A stretch of DNA of 63,839 nucleotides, counting the filler, from Octopus bimaculoides (taxonomy: Eukaryota), in NCBI RefSeq assembly GCF_001194135.2. It is 9 parts of 8 records of this genome, joined end to end, with 100 filler letters (N's around TTAATTAATTAA, not from the genome) between each part and the next. Parts side by side here need not be neighbours in the genome. Positions count along the whole stretch, not along the records: positions 59,960 to 63,839 come from NC_068997.1; 8 more parts are not named here. One strand, 5' to 3'. This document shows, piece after piece, positions 60,040 to 63,839 of the stretch. The stretch's first letter is position 1. Every line of letters starts with the position of its first letter. Position numbers and translations under genes: made by a program. A model generated the notes under the pieces. It did no database searches. It worked only from the letters and a program-made list of their open reading frames with translations, and was not told the DNA's origin.

Positions 60040-60420
60040 AAAACGCTGCCACATAGCCATCTGCACTGAATTCTCAGCATCATGCTGGAAATATCACATT
60101 TTCCTAAACTTTTGACATTTGATATCTTATCTTGCCCTTTTGTGCTACAGATATTGTGCAGGCAGCTCATGTGAAAGGTTTCAAGTTTTTTTTTTATACG
60201 TCTGCAGTAGGGAGTCCATGCAACATTGTGCTCAAAATCGAGGATATATATATGCGCACATGTATAAACAGACATGGCTCTGAAGATATGATGACTAGAC
60301 AGGTTGTATTGTCAGAAAGCTTGCTTCCCAACCACAAGTTTATTCTCGGATTCAGTTTCACTGCGGGACAATTTGGCCAAGTGTTATGTACTGTAGATAA
60401 CACTTGGCTTGACTAAGTAA
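60040..60420 (-). mobile_element. RTE/BovB-like LINE C-terminal fragment
   Basis: AWTPYCRRIKKKLETFHMSCLHNICSTKGQDKISNVKSL..RIQCRWLCG matches the RTE post-RT consensus. Confidence 0.75.
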
Positions 60421-60684
60421 AAAAAGCCTGTCGCCAACATAAAACACACACACACACACACACACAAGTATTTCCTCTTTGGTTAAATTTCGGTAATTGT
60501 TTGATTTGTCTTTAAGAGTTTTTTTGCAGGGTTTTTTTTTAAATCTGGAATCAAGAGTAATTCATTTCTTTTGTGTTTGAACATTCTGTTCCAGTTGTTG
60601 AATATCATGGTTACCCAAAGAATCGCTCGGTCTACACTGTTCATGTTCCTAACTAACCATGGACTGTACAATATTTCCAACAAG

Positions 60685-60899
60685 GTGGCGAGCTGCCAGC
60701 AGAAATGTTAGCACGCCGGGCGAAATGTTTAGCGGTATTTCGTCTGTTTTTACGTTCTGAGTTCAAATTCCGCCGAGGTCGACTTTGCCTTTCATCCTTT
60801 CGGGGTCGATAAATTAAGTACCAGTTACGTACTGGGGTCAATCTAATTGACTAGCCTCCTTCCCCCAAAATTTTGGGCCTTGTCCCTAGAGTAGAAAAG
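60685..60899 (+). mobile_element. tRNA-derived SINE, second family, with TSD
   Basis: AATATTTCCAA at 60670-60680 and 60900-60910; body close to 56956-57168. Confidence 0.9.
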
Positions 60900-62327
60900 A
60901 ATATTTCCAATAAGTACCAATAGTTATTTTCACATGGCAGAAGTAAACTTTAGTCGTGTTGTTTTGACTCTTACGGTTCAGAATATGATAGCAACGAGGC
61001 TCCTTATTTTGCTTGAAGAACACAAGGGTACAGCTTCCTTCAAGGCATTGTTCCAGTCTGCGCAATTTCCAAAGAAACATCTTATCTGGCAAGCTAAGCA
61101 TTTCGCCCGGCGCGCTAACGATTCAGCCAGCTCGCCGCCTTAATAAAGGTTATAAATATTGGATTTTAAAAATTGTAGATAGAATTGGTCGAAAACAGCC
61201 GTCGGCCTTTTTTATTCGAGCAGGGGTTTGTTTTGACCTACTATTTACACGGTCTCATTTATGGCCTTATCGACTTCGAGATCCACTGTTCCGAAAAGAA
61301 ATATTATTTTCTCATTATTTCAGGTTTATTTATACATAGCAAAATATTATGTTTTATGAATTGGGTAGTTAATTTCTACAAAAAAATTAGAAATATATTC
61401 AAGCATTGATCGGTCGAGAAAAATTGAATGAACTAGATTCATTCAATTGAATGACCTAGTATTGATATTCTGGGTCCTAGAATGTCAATGCTACTTGAAC
61501 ATGAGGGATACAAAGAACACAAAACTCCTACAAATAAACATATCCATCAACCCCATACTGCTAAATAAAGCATCAGTTTTTGCTAGGAAAAATTCTGGGC
61601 GTGGAAGGATAGACATAAGTGTTTCGACATAACCAGGGATTTGAGTGACTGATCCAGCAGGCATTTACAGTTTATGTTGCATAAGCGTGGAATTTCCGGA
61701 ACTTGGGGCGGATTGTAAGGGACGATGCTCTGTTTACAGTACAAAATTGTAACAAACGTATACGCATATTAGAGAATTATAGGAAGAAGCTCATCATACT
61801 ATTTCTGTCGTTATTTATACCTTAGGTTATCAATAGGAACTGAGTATATAGCACTCGAGTATATAGCACTCAAACTTAGCACTGGAACACATCACCTTTT
61901 CCATAAGCAAAATGAAAACCTTAAGTACGTAAGTAGAGGACCTCTTCATTCGAGAAGTATCATAAACTCCATACCCATGAGGGCGTTTGCTAGAATCTCT
62001 CGGCTATAGGCAAATAGAAACATTTTCAAAAGACACAAATGGGAACATTTTTAAGCGACACTGCAACATGATATTAGCCGAGGCCAGTCACAGCAGAAAA
62101 ATCCCATATATCTCACATGGTGGTGTATGTATGAGTAATAACATCACAACATGTGCAAAACTTGACTCACGTTTGAACCAGGGAGGTAACGGGGGAGGAA
62201 TTTCAAGTTACAGGAGAAATAGACACAGTAAAAAATTAAATACAAAAATTCGCCTTATAGCTGAGTCATCGGAGGGTGGGACGCTCCACATAAGCAACAA
62301 ATCGCATATATATATATATATATATAT

Positions 62328-62367
<40 letters not shown>

Positions 62368-63002
62368 CATACATACATATATATGTATATTTGTAGTGTT
62401 GTATACGGATTCGGAGAATCCTGATGCAATCACGAAAAGTTCCTCTTCTGGACACGGCTATATCAAAGTCAATAAAGTGTATTGAAACACTATGCATTTG
62501 AAGGCCATCTGACCTTTTAACCCAATTTGAATCGTTTCAAAACTATCCCTTAGTTTCATTTTCATATCTCCAGCTTCCATCTTCCCGCTGAATTCATGTA
62601 TATCATATTTTGTTTTAGTGTTTAAATGTATTTTTAAGTATTTACAAAATATACTTCATTTTCTAAAAGATCTAACTACTCTACTTCCTCTCCTATCCCT
62701 TTCCTGTCATTAGTTTACAGTAAGGATGGTCATCTCCCTAAACTTAGATTCAGCAGCTTAACTAGTGACAAACAAATGTATTCATTTAGAAGATTTTAAC
62801 AAGAGATAAAATAATAGCTGTTGTGAGAAGTAATGTTTTTTGCGACATCAATATGACTGCACCAGCTGGTTATCGGCGTAATCTGCACCTGGTATATATT
62901 TCAAGCAAGGGAGCGAACCCCTACCATCTTGTGGCAGACGAAGAGATCTCCAGACCGAACGGCTTCGGCTATTTGTACCCATCTTCATATACATACATAC
63001 AT

Positions 63003-63043
<41 letters not shown>

Positions 63044-63047
63044 TAGC

Positions 63048-63112
<65 letters not shown>

Positions 63113-63115
63113 TCA

Positions 63116-63370
63116 GATGAATATGGTACTTAAGTTGAGGCACCAAAAGTTTGTACGGTGTTATCCATACAATTTCAAAGTAAGGTGATTAAAATCAAAA
63201 TAAGCAACAAGGATATCCAGAGGTAATGCAGTACGATCGTTTCATGCAATTCCATTTAATTGAACAATGCAATCATTACATCAATTTAAAATGCAGAGGA
63301 ATCACTCAACTGCACAAAGACATAGAATTTAATTAAATTAGAACAGAGGGACACATTAGTATAATTATAC
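63116..63370 (+). repeat. Homologue of the 29045-29300 repeat
   Basis: GAATATGGTACTTAAGTT..GGCACCA..AAGGTGATTAAA.TCAAAA.AAGCAACAAGGATATCC..AATGCAGTACGAT. Confidence 0.8.
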
Positions 63371-63527
63371 CTAAAATCTCCCAGGAGTTAAGGAGATAGA
63401 CAAAGAACATGTTGTTTCACTCCAGCATAGAAATAACATGTTAGTGAGATAACATGTTCTTTGAATTTAAATAACATCTGCGTTTAAATACATTTATCTA
63501 CTTATACTATACATATTACTGCGTAGA

Positions 63528-63839
63528 GGCGCAATGGTCCAGTGGTTAGGGCAGCGGACTCGCAGTCATAGGATCGCGGTTTCGATTCCCAGTCCGGGCG
63601 TTGTGAGTGTTTATTGAGCGAAAACACCTAAAGTTCCACTAGGCTCCGGCAGAGGATGGTGGCGAACCCTGCTGTACTCTTCCACCACAACTTTCTCTCA
63701 CTCTTACTTCCTGTTTCTGTTGTGCCTGTAATTCAAAGGGTCAGCCTCGTCACACTGTGTCACGCTGAATATCCCCCTGAGAACTACGTTAAGGGTACAC
63801 GTGACTGTGGAGTGTTCAGCCACTTGCACGTTAATTTCA
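63528..63839 (+). mobile_element. tRNA-derived SINE, fourth family, runs off the window
   Basis: Head GGCGCAATGGTCCAGTGGTTAGGGCAGCGGACTCGC...GGTTTCGATTCCC with A and B boxes, followed by a non-tRNA body. Confidence 0.85.

Noticed and set aside
60275-60335. CTGAAGA..TGAC/GTCA..GAAA-GCTTGC-TT hammerhead-like string
   Set aside because: Stem I cannot form, and it lies inside RTE coding debris, so it is probably chance.
63528-63600. tRNA gene
   Set aside because: It has A and B boxes but no convincing acceptor-stem pairing and continues into a SINE body; the same applies to the other tRNA-like heads.

Overview
Repeat-saturated, AT-rich animal genomic DNA with many assembly gaps. Its SINE, RTE and R4 repertoire and dense microsatellites suggest a cephalopod, probably Octopus (inference from recalled repeat families, not a database search). 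The only host protein-coding signal I can support is four in-frame, phase-0 exons on the minus strand (21148-21456, 18114-18560, 16083-16187, 13726-13980). They encode a long charged coiled-coil followed by a DUF1647-like (glycosyltransferase-like) domain; one intron appears to be GC-AG, and the first and last exons were not found. The rest is transposon debris: R4/Dong-type LINEs in (TAA)n arrays, RTE and L1/Tx1 LINEs, Penelope-like fragments, a Gypsy remnant, several tRNA-derived SINE families, and hAT-, piggyBac- and mariner-type pieces. The most notable non-coding signal is a set of type I hammerhead ribozymes with short palindromic stem III. Two have complete cores (22-80 plus; 26907-26996 minus) and several are decayed. 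The first sits in a highly structured unit with a 352-nt repeat period that resembles a non-LTR retrozyme (possible circular RNA). All structures were derived by eye; repeat boundaries are approximate unless a TSD or TIR is quoted.
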